DNA of 64,000 bases from Planctomycetota bacterium (GTDB taxonomy: Bacteria; Planctomycetota; Phycisphaerae; WQYP01): positions 9,316 to 73,315 of the forward strand of contig JAJZNX010000015.1 in the NCBI GenBank assembly GCA_021852275.1. The letters run 5' to 3'. Both the position numbers and the translations under genes were made by a program. Numbering within the stretch: the stretch's first letter is position 1; every line of letters starts with the position of its first letter. Shown here one piece after another: positions 30,483 through 38,281 of this stretch. The notes below the pieces were generated by a model. That model saw only the letters and a list, made by a program, of their open reading frames with translations, did no database searches and was not told the origin of the DNA.

Positions 30483-30677
30483 TTACCCGAACATCGAACG
30501 TGCCGTGCCGGTAGCCAACGCGATGGGATCGATGCTCTTGCGATCCAAATTCGCCATCAGACCCGGCAGATAGCTGCGAAACAGTCGGAAGGTGTTGTGT
30601 CGCTTCAAATAAAGTCAATATCCCTTGATATACGCCTCCAAAACCTGGACCAATGATTGTAATTGCTGGGCAGCCAT
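30483..30677 (-). pseudogene. N-terminal fragment of an IS701-family-like DDE transposase, interrupted by stop/frameshift
   Basis: Hand translation of the minus strand gives MAAQQLQSLVQVLEAYIKGY* and then, in the next frame, LYLKRHNTFRLFRSYLPGLMANLDRKSIDPIALATGTARSMFG*. This matches, from memory, the IS701-type N-terminus (L..Y...F...F.R......F..Y..GLL....RKS.EPiA...G). No downstream catalytic region exists, because the symporter gene follows. Confidence 0.5.
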
Positions 30678-30763
30678 ACCATCGCTCCTGGCCTCTGTCC
30701 TTGTACATTGGTCATCCAAAATAAAATCTTCCACTTTTATAGCACTGTCGTATTAGTCAATTT

Positions 30764-31465
30764 ATGAACCCAAATGGTTGCCGTCGTACCATCCGGCGGA
30801 ATAAGATGAATGGTCGGATGGCTGAAAATGTCCGGCGCCATATTGAGGATTTAATCAAGGCCGGGTTGGCCAATGTCGCCATAACCTCTGAAACCGCTGC
30901 CTGGCTGGGTGGATTATATGATGATCTGTATGGCAAATTGGTAGATGTGAGGCTGTTAAACCTACGGGCCAAGGATGCACCCCTGCATGAAAATTCCGCC
31001 TACTGGAAAGGCCGGCTGGAGCCAATGGAAGTTGTCACCGTGTGGCTGGCCATCGATCCTTCCACACCAGCCAACGGCTGCATGCAGATAATTCCCCGCA
31101 CACACCACAATGGCTTTTCCCAATATCAAAACGTTTCCGATCCGGAGAGTGCCGTGTTCTCGGCGGAAATCAAAGCGTATGAGTTCGAATCCTCCAAGGC
31201 CATGGATTGCGTTTTGGAGCCGGGCCAATGCTTTTTGCATGGCGGCCGACTGATACACGGCTCAGCGGCCAATACGGGCACCATGCGCCGTTGCGGCTTT
31301 ACCATGCGCTACATACTCACCACCTCGCGTTTTATCGCCAACGGCCTGCACCAGATTTATCTGGCGCACGGCAAAGACCGTGCGGGTAACACTTACGGCG
31401 ATCCGACAAAGCCCCACAAGGCCTGGCTTGATGCCTATCCGGACGACCAGCCCGCGGGGCATTGA
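30764..31465 (+). CDS. phytanoyl-CoA dioxygenase (PhyH) family protein, apparently N-terminally short and with altered metal triad
   Basis: 233 aa. VWLAIDPSTPANGCMQIIPRTHHNG and FLHGGRLIHGSAANTGTMRRCGFTMRY are PhyH-type motifs. The position of the usual WHQDxxYW box reads LHENSAYW, i.e. H-E-N instead of H-x-D. An in-frame stop at 30740 prevents any N-terminal extension. Confidence 0.55.
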   Translation: MNPNGCRRTIRRNKMNGRMAENVRRHIEDLIKAGLANVAITSETAAWLGGLYDDLYGKLVDVRLLNLRAKDAPLHENSAYWKGRLEPMEVVTVWLAIDPSTPANGCMQIIPRTHHNGFSQYQNVSDPESAVFSAEIKAYEFESSKAMDCVLEPGQCFLHGGRLIHGSAANTGTMRRCGFTMRYILTTSRFIANGLHQIYLAHGKDRAGNTYGDPTKPHKAWLDAYPDDQPAGH

Positions 31466-31532
31466 TGTCGGCAGCCGATGCCTCTATAACGGCCACAGTC
31501 GGCATTGGTACACGGCCCCGGAACCCGCCTAT

Positions 31533-31561
31533 TTGACGAAACGCCCACCAGGCCGTAACTT
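31533..31561 (+). promoter_or_regulatory. sigma70-like promoter candidate for the small basic ORF
   Basis: TTGACG (31533-31538), a 17-nt spacer, then TAACTT (31556-31561). Confidence 0.35.
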
Positions 31562-31599
31562 ACCGCCGTTGGTTTGCTGTTGTTTCAGGAGCAATCGAA

Positions 31600-31680
31600 A
31601 TGCCTAAACCTCGTCGTCGCCGTAAAATTGGCAGTAAGAAGCGTCACGCCAAATGGAAGGCCCGGCATCACGTTCAATGA
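31600..31680 (+). CDS. 26-aa Arg/Lys-rich small protein (bS22 / AURKAIP1-COX24-like candidate)
   Basis: Not in the ORF track because it is too short. AGGAG (31587-31591) lies 8 nt before the ATG. The translation is MPKPRRRRKIGSKKRHAKWKARHHVQ*. The RRRK-x-x-SKK[KR]H-x-K core resembles the tiny ribosome-associated bS22/mS38-type proteins, from memory. Confidence 0.4.
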   Translation: MPKPRRRRKIGSKKRHAKWKARHHVQ

Positions 31681-31712
31681 TCGCCGCCGAGGTGGGCTTT
31701 TTCGTCACATCC

Positions 31713-33308
31713 TCATTGCTCCAACGATGAACCCTGCGTAATGGTGCGTTTGGCCATGGTGCGAATGCGATTGATCGCAGCCAGGTACGCCTTGGCCGAG
31801 GCCTCCAGAATATCAGTGCTAAAACCACGTCCACGCACCTTGCGGCCATTGTGAGTAAGTTCAACCATGACTTCGCCCTGGGCCTCACGGCCGCCGGTAA
31901 TGCTGCGCACCTGGTACGATTCCAGCCTTGCGCTGATGCGTGTGATGCGCTGAATGACGGCAAACATGGCGTCAATCGGGCCGTCGCCGGTGGCGGCATC
32001 AGTAATGGCTGCATCCGAGGAATCCATGAGAGTAACGGTGGCGGTGGCTACACCCTGGTTGCTCGCCATCACCTGGAGATTTTTAAGGCGAAACAGCGGA
32101 GCGGATGTTTCCAACTGCTCTTCGACCAGAGCCTCCAGGTCTTCATCGTAGATTTCCTTTTTCTTATCGCAAAGAACCTTGAACCGCTCGAAGGCCACAT
32201 CCAAAGCAGGCTCATCCAACTTCAAATCCAATTCCTCCAGGCGCTGGCGAAAAGCGTGTCGTCCGGAGTGTTTGCCCAAGACCAGCCGATTCTGGATTAA
32301 CCCTACATCCGACGGAGACATTATTTCGTAGGTGCTGCGCTCCTTGAGAATGCCATCCTGATGAATGCCGGCCTCGTGGGCGAAGGCATTTTCTCCGACA
32401 ATGGCCTTGTTGCGCTGCACCTGAAGACCGGTCAACGAGCTGACCATGCGCGAACAGGGCACAAGTTTTCGGGTGTTAATGCCCGTTTCATACGGGAAAT
32501 CCGCCTGCCGCGTGCGTATGGCCATGACGATTTCCTCCAGGGCGGCGTTGCCGGCGCGTTCACCGATTCCGTTGATGGTACATTCCACCTGCCGCGCCCC
32601 ACCCGCGACAGCCGCCAGGGAATTGGCCACAGCCAAACCTAGGTCGTTGTGGCAATGGGCGCTGAAAATAACCCTGGAGGCGCCAGGCACGTGCTGCATC
32701 AGGTATTCAAACATGGCCTGATATTCCGCCGGCAAGGCATAGCCCACGGTATCGGGGCAATTGATGGTGGTGGCTCCGGCTTCAATGGCGGCGCTAACCA
32801 CTTCCGCCAGAAAATCCAGTTCAGTACGGCTGGCATCTTCCGGTGAAAATTCCACATCTTGCACGTAGCTGCGGGCCAGCTTTACGCTTTCTACAGTCAA
32901 CCGGATAATTTCATCCTTGGCCTTTTTAAGTTTGAACTCGCGATGTATTTTACTGGTGGCACAGAACACATGAATGCGGCCATGGGCGGCCCGCTGCACC
33001 GCTTCCCCGGCGCGGCGAACATCCTTTTCCGTACATCGGGCCAGGCCGGCAACCGTGGCCCTGGTAATTTCCGAGGCGATGGCCGCTACGGCCTCAAAAT
33101 CGCCGGGACTGGTGATGGGAAAGCCGGCTTCTATAACATCCACCCCCAGTTGCTCGAGCGAACGGGCGATTTCCAACTTTTCATGCAGATTCAGCGAAGC
33201 CCCCGGCGATTGCTCGCCATCGCGCAGGGTGGTGTCAAAAATTCGAATTCGGGGACGATTTGCAGCAATGTCCGCGGTTACTGGGGATGGGTTTGCTTGG
33301 GTGGTCAT
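31713..33308 (-). CDS. leuA: 2-isopropylmalate synthase
   Basis: 531 aa. The N-terminus carries IRIFDTTLRDGEQSPGASLNLHEKLEIARSLEQLGVDVIEAGFP. HCHNDLGLAVANSLAAV is present, as is a C-terminal LeuA dimerisation/regulatory domain. Confidence 0.95.
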   Translation of the reverse strand: MTTQANPSPVTADIAANRPRIRIFDTTLRDGEQSPGASLNLHEKLEIARSLEQLGVDVIEAGFPITSPGDFEAVAAIASEITRATVAGLARCTEKDVRRAGEAVQRAAHGRIHVFCATSKIHREFKLKKAKDEIIRLTVESVKLARSYVQDVEFSPEDASRTELDFLAEVVSAAIEAGATTINCPDTVGYALPAEYQAMFEYLMQHVPGASRVIFSAHCHNDLGLAVANSLAAVAGGARQVECTINGIGERAGNAALEEIVMAIRTRQADFPYETGINTRKLVPCSRMVSSLTGLQVQRNKAIVGENAFAHEAGIHQDGILKERSTYEIMSPSDVGLIQNRLVLGKHSGRHAFRQRLEELDLKLDEPALDVAFERFKVLCDKKKEIYDEDLEALVEEQLETSAPLFRLKNLQVMASNQGVATATVTLMDSSDAAITDAATGDGPIDAMFAVIQRITRISARLESYQVRSITGGREAQGEVMVELTHNGRKVRGRGFSTDILEASAKAYLAAINRIRTMAKRTITQGSSLEQ

Positions 33309-33360
33309 GGTTGGTTACCTCAAAAAAAGCCACAGCGAAAAGACCATGGAAAATCAGGCC

Positions 33361-33392
33361 ATAAAAAAACCCCGCGAGGATCGCTCGCAGGG
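33361..33392 (-). terminator. intrinsic terminator-like hairpin plus U-tract inside the leuA leader (attenuator candidate)
   Basis: The minus strand reads CCCTGCGAG-CGATC-CTCGCGGGG, a 9-bp stem with one G-U pair (33370-33392), followed by TTTTTTTA (33369-33362). It lies 53 nt upstream of the leuA ATG (33308). No gene ends upstream of it on that strand. Confidence 0.55.
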
Positions 33393-33421
33393 TTAGAAAG
33401 CATATTGCAGACAATACCACC

Positions 33422-33511
33422 CTACCAGCGTCCAGGCCAAAGGCCGGCCAGCCCCAGATTCAGCAGGGTAAGCGACAGATACGGGTGCGTATTGGACAAT
33501 CCAAATTTCAT
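33422..33511 (-). CDS. candidate leucine-rich leader peptide (29 aa) of the leuA attenuator
   Basis: The sequence MKFGLSNTHPYLSLTLLNLGLAGLWPGRW* has 8 Leu in 29 residues, 7 of them within a 13-residue stretch. Its stop lies 30 nt before the terminator stem. The ATG sits 7 nt downstream of a -10-like box, so it would be leaderless. No SD is present. Confidence 0.3.
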   Translation of the reverse strand: MKFGLSNTHPYLSLTLLNLGLAGLWPGRW

Positions 33512-33518
33512 GGCATTT

Positions 33519-33547
33519 AGTGTACAGCGTGTTTTTGTTCTCGTCAA
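33519..33547 (-). promoter_or_regulatory. sigma70-like promoter candidate for the leuA leader
   Basis: On the minus strand: TTGACG (33547-33542), a 17-nt spacer, then TACACT (33524-33519). The predicted start site coincides with the leader-peptide ATG (33511). Confidence 0.3.
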
Positions 33548-33606
33548 GTCAAAAACCGCCCTCGAAAAATACATAAAAAATCGCCGCATGGTAACGAGTC
33601 GCACAC

Positions 33607-33635
33607 TTTCAAAATCGACCATGACTTTCTATAAT
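33607..33635 (+). promoter_or_regulatory. promoter candidate for tRNA-Leu
   Basis: TTTCAA (33607-33612), a 17-nt spacer, then TATAAT (33630-33635). The tRNA 5' end is at 33651. Confidence 0.35.
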
Positions 33636-33650
33636 CGCTGCGGGTCGATC

Positions 33651-33734
33651 GCCGGAGTGGCGGAACTGGCAGACGCGCCGGACTCAAAATCCGGTTCTCG
33701 CAAGAGAGTGTGGGTTCGATTCCCTCCTCCGGCA
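33651..33734 (+). tRNA. tRNA-Leu (CAA)
   Basis: The sequence is GCCGGAGTGGCGGAACTGGCAGACGCGCCGGACTCAAAATCCGGTTCTCGCAAGAGAGTGTGGGTTCGATTCCCTCCTCCGGCA. It is a class II tRNA with a long variable arm, anticodon loop CTCAAAA, a 7-bp acceptor stem and discriminator A. No CCA is encoded. Confidence 0.9.
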
Positions 33735-33763
33735 TTGGTCCGCATAACAAGCAAGGAGCGTTC

Positions 33764-34066
33764 ATGAAAACCCGCCGGAAGGTGAAAGGGCTGACCCCCG
33801 CCAAAATCCCCCTGACGGTCCAAACCGTTGAGCTGCCGTCCACCCCGCCCAAGGCCAATGCGCGACGCGTGCAGCAAGTACGCAAGGGGTTGGGGATGTC
33901 CCAGGCGGTTTTCGCGGCGACGCTCAATGTGTCCGTTAAACTTGTTCAAGGTTGGGAACAGGGCTTGCGTACGTGCGGTCGCGGAGAACTGCGGCTGCTG
34001 GAACTTATGGCCAGGCACCCTGAATTATTCCAGAATATGGGCAAAACCTCGGCCCCCCGCCGCTGA
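33764..34066 (+). CDS. XRE-family HTH protein, antitoxin-like (MqsA/HigA-type C-terminal domain), no toxin partner
   Basis: AAGGAG (33753-33758) lies before the ATG at 33764. RRVQQVRKGLGMSQAVFAATLNVSVKLVQGWEQGLRTCGRGELRLLELMARHPELF matches the HTH plus WEQG(R/K)..P.g.a..LL....khPe pattern of type II antitoxins. The maximal ORF (33710) would overlap the tRNA. Confidence 0.6.
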   Translation: MKTRRKVKGLTPAKIPLTVQTVELPSTPPKANARRVQQVRKGLGMSQAVFAATLNVSVKLVQGWEQGLRTCGRGELRLLELMARHPELFQNMGKTSAPRR

Positions 34067-34067
34067 A

Positions 34068-35048
34068 TCACCAGAAACAATCCAACGGCACCCCCGGCAA
34101 CCGCGGTTTGACAATCTCTGAAATCGCAGTCATTTCCTGGGGCGATAACGGCGCGACATAATTTTCCGCGGTCTTCCGGGCCACGGTATAAAGCTGCACC
34201 AGCTTGATTCGGCCGCCGGCAGCGATGATATCCGCAAGCCGCTGCGCATAGGCGCGTATTTCTTCCGGCGGCGGCGGTTGGTCATGAATTCTCATCAGCA
34301 GGGTTTGAATCACGGTGGGCCGCACCTGTGCACACCAGGTGATATTGGCTAAAATCTGCGCAAATCCCACACCCGGTCGATCTACCAACTGATAATAAGC
34401 GGCGGTGCCCGCATCCAGCTTGGCCCAGATTTCCCCGCCATATTGATCCAGATATTCCAAAGCCTCGCGTACAGATCGTCGGCCAAACATGGTGGCATTG
34501 GTTATCAATACCAGTTTCACCCCGGATAATCCTGCCCTTTGCAGTTCCTGGGCGGCAATATGGCAACATTGTCCGAACGCCGGGCAAGTGGTCGGCTCAC
34601 CATCACCGGAAAAAGCGATATCATTGAGGCGCATCAACTCCGGCCTGATGGATGCAAAATCCGGCAACCTGAATATCTCTCCGGAAGCGGCCAGGGTCAG
34701 CATCTGGCGCAATTCCGTGCGAACCACGGCCGTCGCCACGCGCCCGGTCTGGCCGGGAACACTCCGATCCACGCTGCAATAAATGCAATCAAAGTTGCAG
34801 ACTTTATCCGGATTCAGATTGATGCCGATACTTAAGCCACCGCTGCGTCGCGACACCACCGGGTACACATAGCGATTGCCGGCCCAGGCACGTGAATGGC
34901 GAGAAAAAGCCAGTCGCGTAGCGGCCAATATTCTCGAGGTTTGGAGATCTTTATCATCCATTGCAGATCCCTTTGGGGGTACCGCCGAATCAGGACCGGA
35001 TGCCGGGGTCCAACCAATTCTGACCGCCGATGCATCCGTCGGCTGCAC
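34068..35048 (-). CDS. radical SAM domain protein
   Basis: 326 aa. The CNFDCIYCSV CxxxCxxC cluster lies near residue 85, and FSGDGEPT is a GGE-like SAM-binding motif. No SPASM-like Cys-rich tail is present. An alternative start is at 34961. Confidence 0.7.
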   Translation of the reverse strand: MQPTDASAVRIGWTPASGPDSAVPPKGSAMDDKDLQTSRILAATRLAFSRHSRAWAGNRYVYPVVSRRSGGLSIGINLNPDKVCNFDCIYCSVDRSVPGQTGRVATAVVRTELRQMLTLAASGEIFRLPDFASIRPELMRLNDIAFSGDGEPTTCPAFGQCCHIAAQELQRAGLSGVKLVLITNATMFGRRSVREALEYLDQYGGEIWAKLDAGTAAYYQLVDRPGVGFAQILANITWCAQVRPTVIQTLLMRIHDQPPPPEEIRAYAQRLADIIAAGGRIKLVQLYTVARKTAENYVAPLSPQEMTAISEIVKPRLPGVPLDCFW

Positions 35049-35267
35049 CGGCCGACTGCGGCCATTTGACGCAAGCCTATCCGCTCAACTAGAGTACGGC
35101 CTGGGAAATTGGCCCAACGGGCCAGAATTCCGCCTGCGCCCGGCGGTTTTCCACCCGACCGGCAGATGCCCCGGGCTGGTACGACCGGGCGGGCGGACTT
35201 TCCCCGGGAACCAGCATAACGTTTTGCGGCCCGTTGTAGAAGACCCGATACAGGAATCACCGCGACT

Positions 35268-36143
35268 TTGGACGAAAAATCAGAACATCTCACCAGTCTT
35301 TCCAGTATCCGCAATGCGCATGAAGCCAATACTTCCGATCCTGCGTCGGCTGCGCCCGCGGCACAGGCAGATGCAGGCAATGGACAATCGGACTCCCTGG
35401 CGATTATTTCCGACATTCACGCCAACCTCGAGGCCCTGACCACTGTACTGGAGAATATCACCAAACGGGGCATCCGGAAGATTTGCTGCCTTGGAGATGT
35501 TATCGGCTACGGCCCCAATCCTCTGGAATGTATTGACCTGGTGCTGGAGAATTGCCAGTTTACCATTATGGGCAATCACGATTTTGCAATATTTTATGAA
35601 CCTTATAATTTTAATACCGCTGCTGAAAACGCAGCTTTCTGGACACGTCAGCAGTTTGAATCTGATCCGGACAAGCCGCGCCGCAATCGGCGCTGGCGCT
35701 ATCTGGGATCCATGCAAACCCGCATGTTAAACGAAAAATTTCTGGCCGTGCATGGATCCCCCCGGCGACCGATCAATGAATATATTTTCCCGGACGACAT
35801 TTATTCCGCCACCCAAAAACTCTCCGGCATTTTTGACCGCGTGCCCCACTTGTGCTTCGTGGGCCATACCCATGTACCGGGGGTATTTGTAGAGCACCCT
35901 GATTTTTATTCGCCCGCCGATCTGGACAATCGTTACACTATCAGCAGCGAAAAAGCGGTGATTAACGTTGGCAGTGTAGGCCAGCCGCGGGACCACGATC
36001 CACGGGCGAGCTATGCCATTCTCCACGCGGATGCCGTCGAATTCGTCCGGCTGTCCTATGATGTCAACGCCACGGTGGAAAAGGTGAGATCCATTGATGC
36101 ACTCGATAACTTTCTGGGGCAACGCCTGCTGGAGGGCGTTTAG
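35268..36143 (+). CDS. metallophosphoesterase (calcineurin-like phosphoesterase, YfcE/ApaH-related)
   Basis: 291 aa. It carries LAIISDIHANLEAL (DxH), CCLGDVIGYGPNP (GDxxxxG), IMGNHD (GNHD/E) and FVGHTHVPG (GH/HxH). Confidence 0.7.
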   Translation: MDEKSEHLTSLSSIRNAHEANTSDPASAAPAAQADAGNGQSDSLAIISDIHANLEALTTVLENITKRGIRKICCLGDVIGYGPNPLECIDLVLENCQFTIMGNHDFAIFYEPYNFNTAAENAAFWTRQQFESDPDKPRRNRRWRYLGSMQTRMLNEKFLAVHGSPRRPINEYIFPDDIYSATQKLSGIFDRVPHLCFVGHTHVPGVFVEHPDFYSPADLDNRYTISSEKAVINVGSVGQPRDHDPRASYAILHADAVEFVRLSYDVNATVEKVRSIDALDNFLGQRLLEGV

Positions 36144-36287
36144 TGAAGGTGTAAAACCAGTCCCCCGCCGCCGGCCGACAGGACCCCGGAGATCATCCGC
36201 AAGCAGTACCCTTGGTACCGGTGGGTTTTACGATACAACGGTTGCCATGACCTGGCCAAGCCTTTGCCGCATACGTAACTGGAGGTT

Positions 36288-38246
36288 TTGATGAACGGTA
36301 AAAAACTGCTCAATTTTCTGATGATTTTCGCCGTGGCTTTTCTGGCCATGAACCTGTTCACGCATTTCTTTTTTAAGCCCAAAGGCAAGCCTCACGCCCG
36401 CCCGCAAGGCGGCACGGAGGCCACAGGCGGTGCGGCCACAGGCTATCAAAAGGTGGTACCTGTCAATGTCGTGCAACCCACCCGCATTACCCTGGGTAGT
36501 GCGGTCAAGGGCCAGCCGTATCTGCTGGCGGTTGCGGTGAGCAATGTTTCCGCGGGTATTGAAAATGTCCAGCTCAACGCGGCCCAATATCGGCAACATA
36601 TCGGATCTGATCAACCGCTGCTGCTGCTGACCGCCCGCCCGTCTTCGCCACTCCCGTTTGCCACCACGGGTGTCGTCATCAACGGAATCAGCTATCCGCT
36701 GGAGCACGTCGTGTGGGGCGTGCTGCCGACCCCGGCAAACCTGCGCCGGCTCAGGACCACGCTGAGCGTAACTGTGGCGGATGCCGCCGGCCATCCGCTG
36801 GCCCGCATCGACAAAACTTTTCGCATTAACCCGACAACCTATGATGTGCGCATCACGCAGAAAATTTACAACTTAACTTCCCAGCCGATACGCGTTGCCG
36901 TAGATCAACTTGGACCAACCGATCTGCCGCTGCAGGACCGGCAGGAAGATATGCGCACGTTTATGAGTGCCGGCTATCGGCAACAAAGTCATTATCTGGA
37001 TACCAGCGGTTTTCCGGAGGTGTATCAAACCGCCATGGCTGACCCCGGTGCCAAGCCGGTAAAACTGGGGCTTTTTACCGGCCAAAACCGCCTCCTGTGG
37101 ATCGCCACGTCCAATCGCTTTTTCACCGCCATTGTAAGGCCACTGCCGTATGGTCCCATTCACTGGGATCCATTGGATAACGGCCAGCAGATTCCGCGCA
37201 TTACGTACCTTCATTCCGCCTGGGTTAAGCGCATCGGCTCAGAAAACAGCAGTGCCGAACCACGCGGAATTGCCACGGTGGTGCTGCACGGCGCGCCTTT
37301 GCTGATCCCCGCGGGCGGCCACACCGCCATGCCCCTGAGCGTTTATTTTGGCCCGAAAAAGCGTTCCCTGCTCGCCGGATCAGCTCATGCCAAGCCAGGT
37401 ACCCCTGCTTACGAATACAACCTGTTTCATTACCTGGCGGTCATACAATTTAATCAGGGAAGCTGGTGTTCTTTCCTGACGTTTGCGTGGCTGGCCCTGG
37501 CCATTCTCAAAATTTTGACCTGGCTGCACGCCCTGATTCCCAATTACGGTATCGCGATTATGATCTTTGTGCTGCTGATCCGTCTGCTGCTGCACCCCTT
37601 GACGCGCTACGGGCAGGTTACCATGACCAAAACCCAGCGGAAAATGGCGGCGCTGGCCCCCGATCTGGAACGCCTGCGCACCAAATACGCCAAGGACAAG
37701 GCCCGTCTTCAGCAGGAAACAATGGCGTTGTACAAAGAACGCAACGTGAATCCGGCCAGCAGCATACTGGGTTGTTTGCCCATGCTGCTGCAAATGCCCA
37801 TCTGGATTGCTCTGTATTCAGGCCTGGCTGTGGACATAGACCTGCGCCAAGCGGGCTTTATTCCGGGCTGGATTACGAATTTATCCAACCCCGATACCAT
37901 CTACAGCCATCAGATCGGCTTTCATATACCCATTCTCGGCTACCAGTTTGAAGGACATAATTTCATCGCGTTTAATCTGCTGCCCCTGCTTTTAGGCGTG
38001 GTTTTCTTTCTGCAGATGAAAATGCAGATGAAACTGGCTCCACCCCCAACCGACCCGCAGCAGCGGCAGACACAAATGATCTCGCAGTACATGATTCTGC
38101 TGTTTCCGCTGTTTTTGTACAACGCTCCCTCCGGATTAAACCTGTACATCTGCGCCAGTACTCTGGGAGGACTGGTGGATTCCTGGCTGGTACGGCGTCA
38201 CTTGCGAAAGATGGACGCTGCGGCAGCTCTGGCCGGTGCCAAATGA
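36288..38246 (+). CDS. yidC: membrane protein insertase YidC
   Basis: 652 aa with an N-terminal TM helix and a large periplasmic domain. The conserved core is NYGIAIMIFVLLIRLLLHPLTRYGQVTMTKTQRKMAALAPDLERLRTKYAKDKARLQQETMALYKERNVNPASSILGCLPMLLQMPIWIALY. Confidence 0.9.
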   Translation: MMNGKKLLNFLMIFAVAFLAMNLFTHFFFKPKGKPHARPQGGTEATGGAATGYQKVVPVNVVQPTRITLGSAVKGQPYLLAVAVSNVSAGIENVQLNAAQYRQHIGSDQPLLLLTARPSSPLPFATTGVVINGISYPLEHVVWGVLPTPANLRRLRTTLSVTVADAAGHPLARIDKTFRINPTTYDVRITQKIYNLTSQPIRVAVDQLGPTDLPLQDRQEDMRTFMSAGYRQQSHYLDTSGFPEVYQTAMADPGAKPVKLGLFTGQNRLLWIATSNRFFTAIVRPLPYGPIHWDPLDNGQQIPRITYLHSAWVKRIGSENSSAEPRGIATVVLHGAPLLIPAGGHTAMPLSVYFGPKKRSLLAGSAHAKPGTPAYEYNLFHYLAVIQFNQGSWCSFLTFAWLALAILKILTWLHALIPNYGIAIMIFVLLIRLLLHPLTRYGQVTMTKTQRKMAALAPDLERLRTKYAKDKARLQQETMALYKERNVNPASSILGCLPMLLQMPIWIALYSGLAVDIDLRQAGFIPGWITNLSNPDTIYSHQIGFHIPILGYQFEGHNFIAFNLLPLLLGVVFFLQMKMQMKLAPPPTDPQQRQTQMISQYMILLFPLFLYNAPSGLNLYICASTLGGLVDSWLVRRHLRKMDAAAALAGAK

Positions 38247-38281
38247 TGTGTTGAGGGTGCCACAGCCCTTCGCGAGCCATC

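Noticed and set aside
30289-30708. A 139-aa ORF on the minus strand overlapping the symporter 3' end.
   Set aside because: This frame is meaningless. The real signal in the region is the IS701-like fragment, which reads in the other two minus-strand frames (30483-30677).
32859-33767. A 302-aa ORF on the plus strand.
   Set aside because: It is antisense to the leuA 5' region and runs through the leader/terminator and the tRNA-Leu gene, so it cannot be a real CDS.
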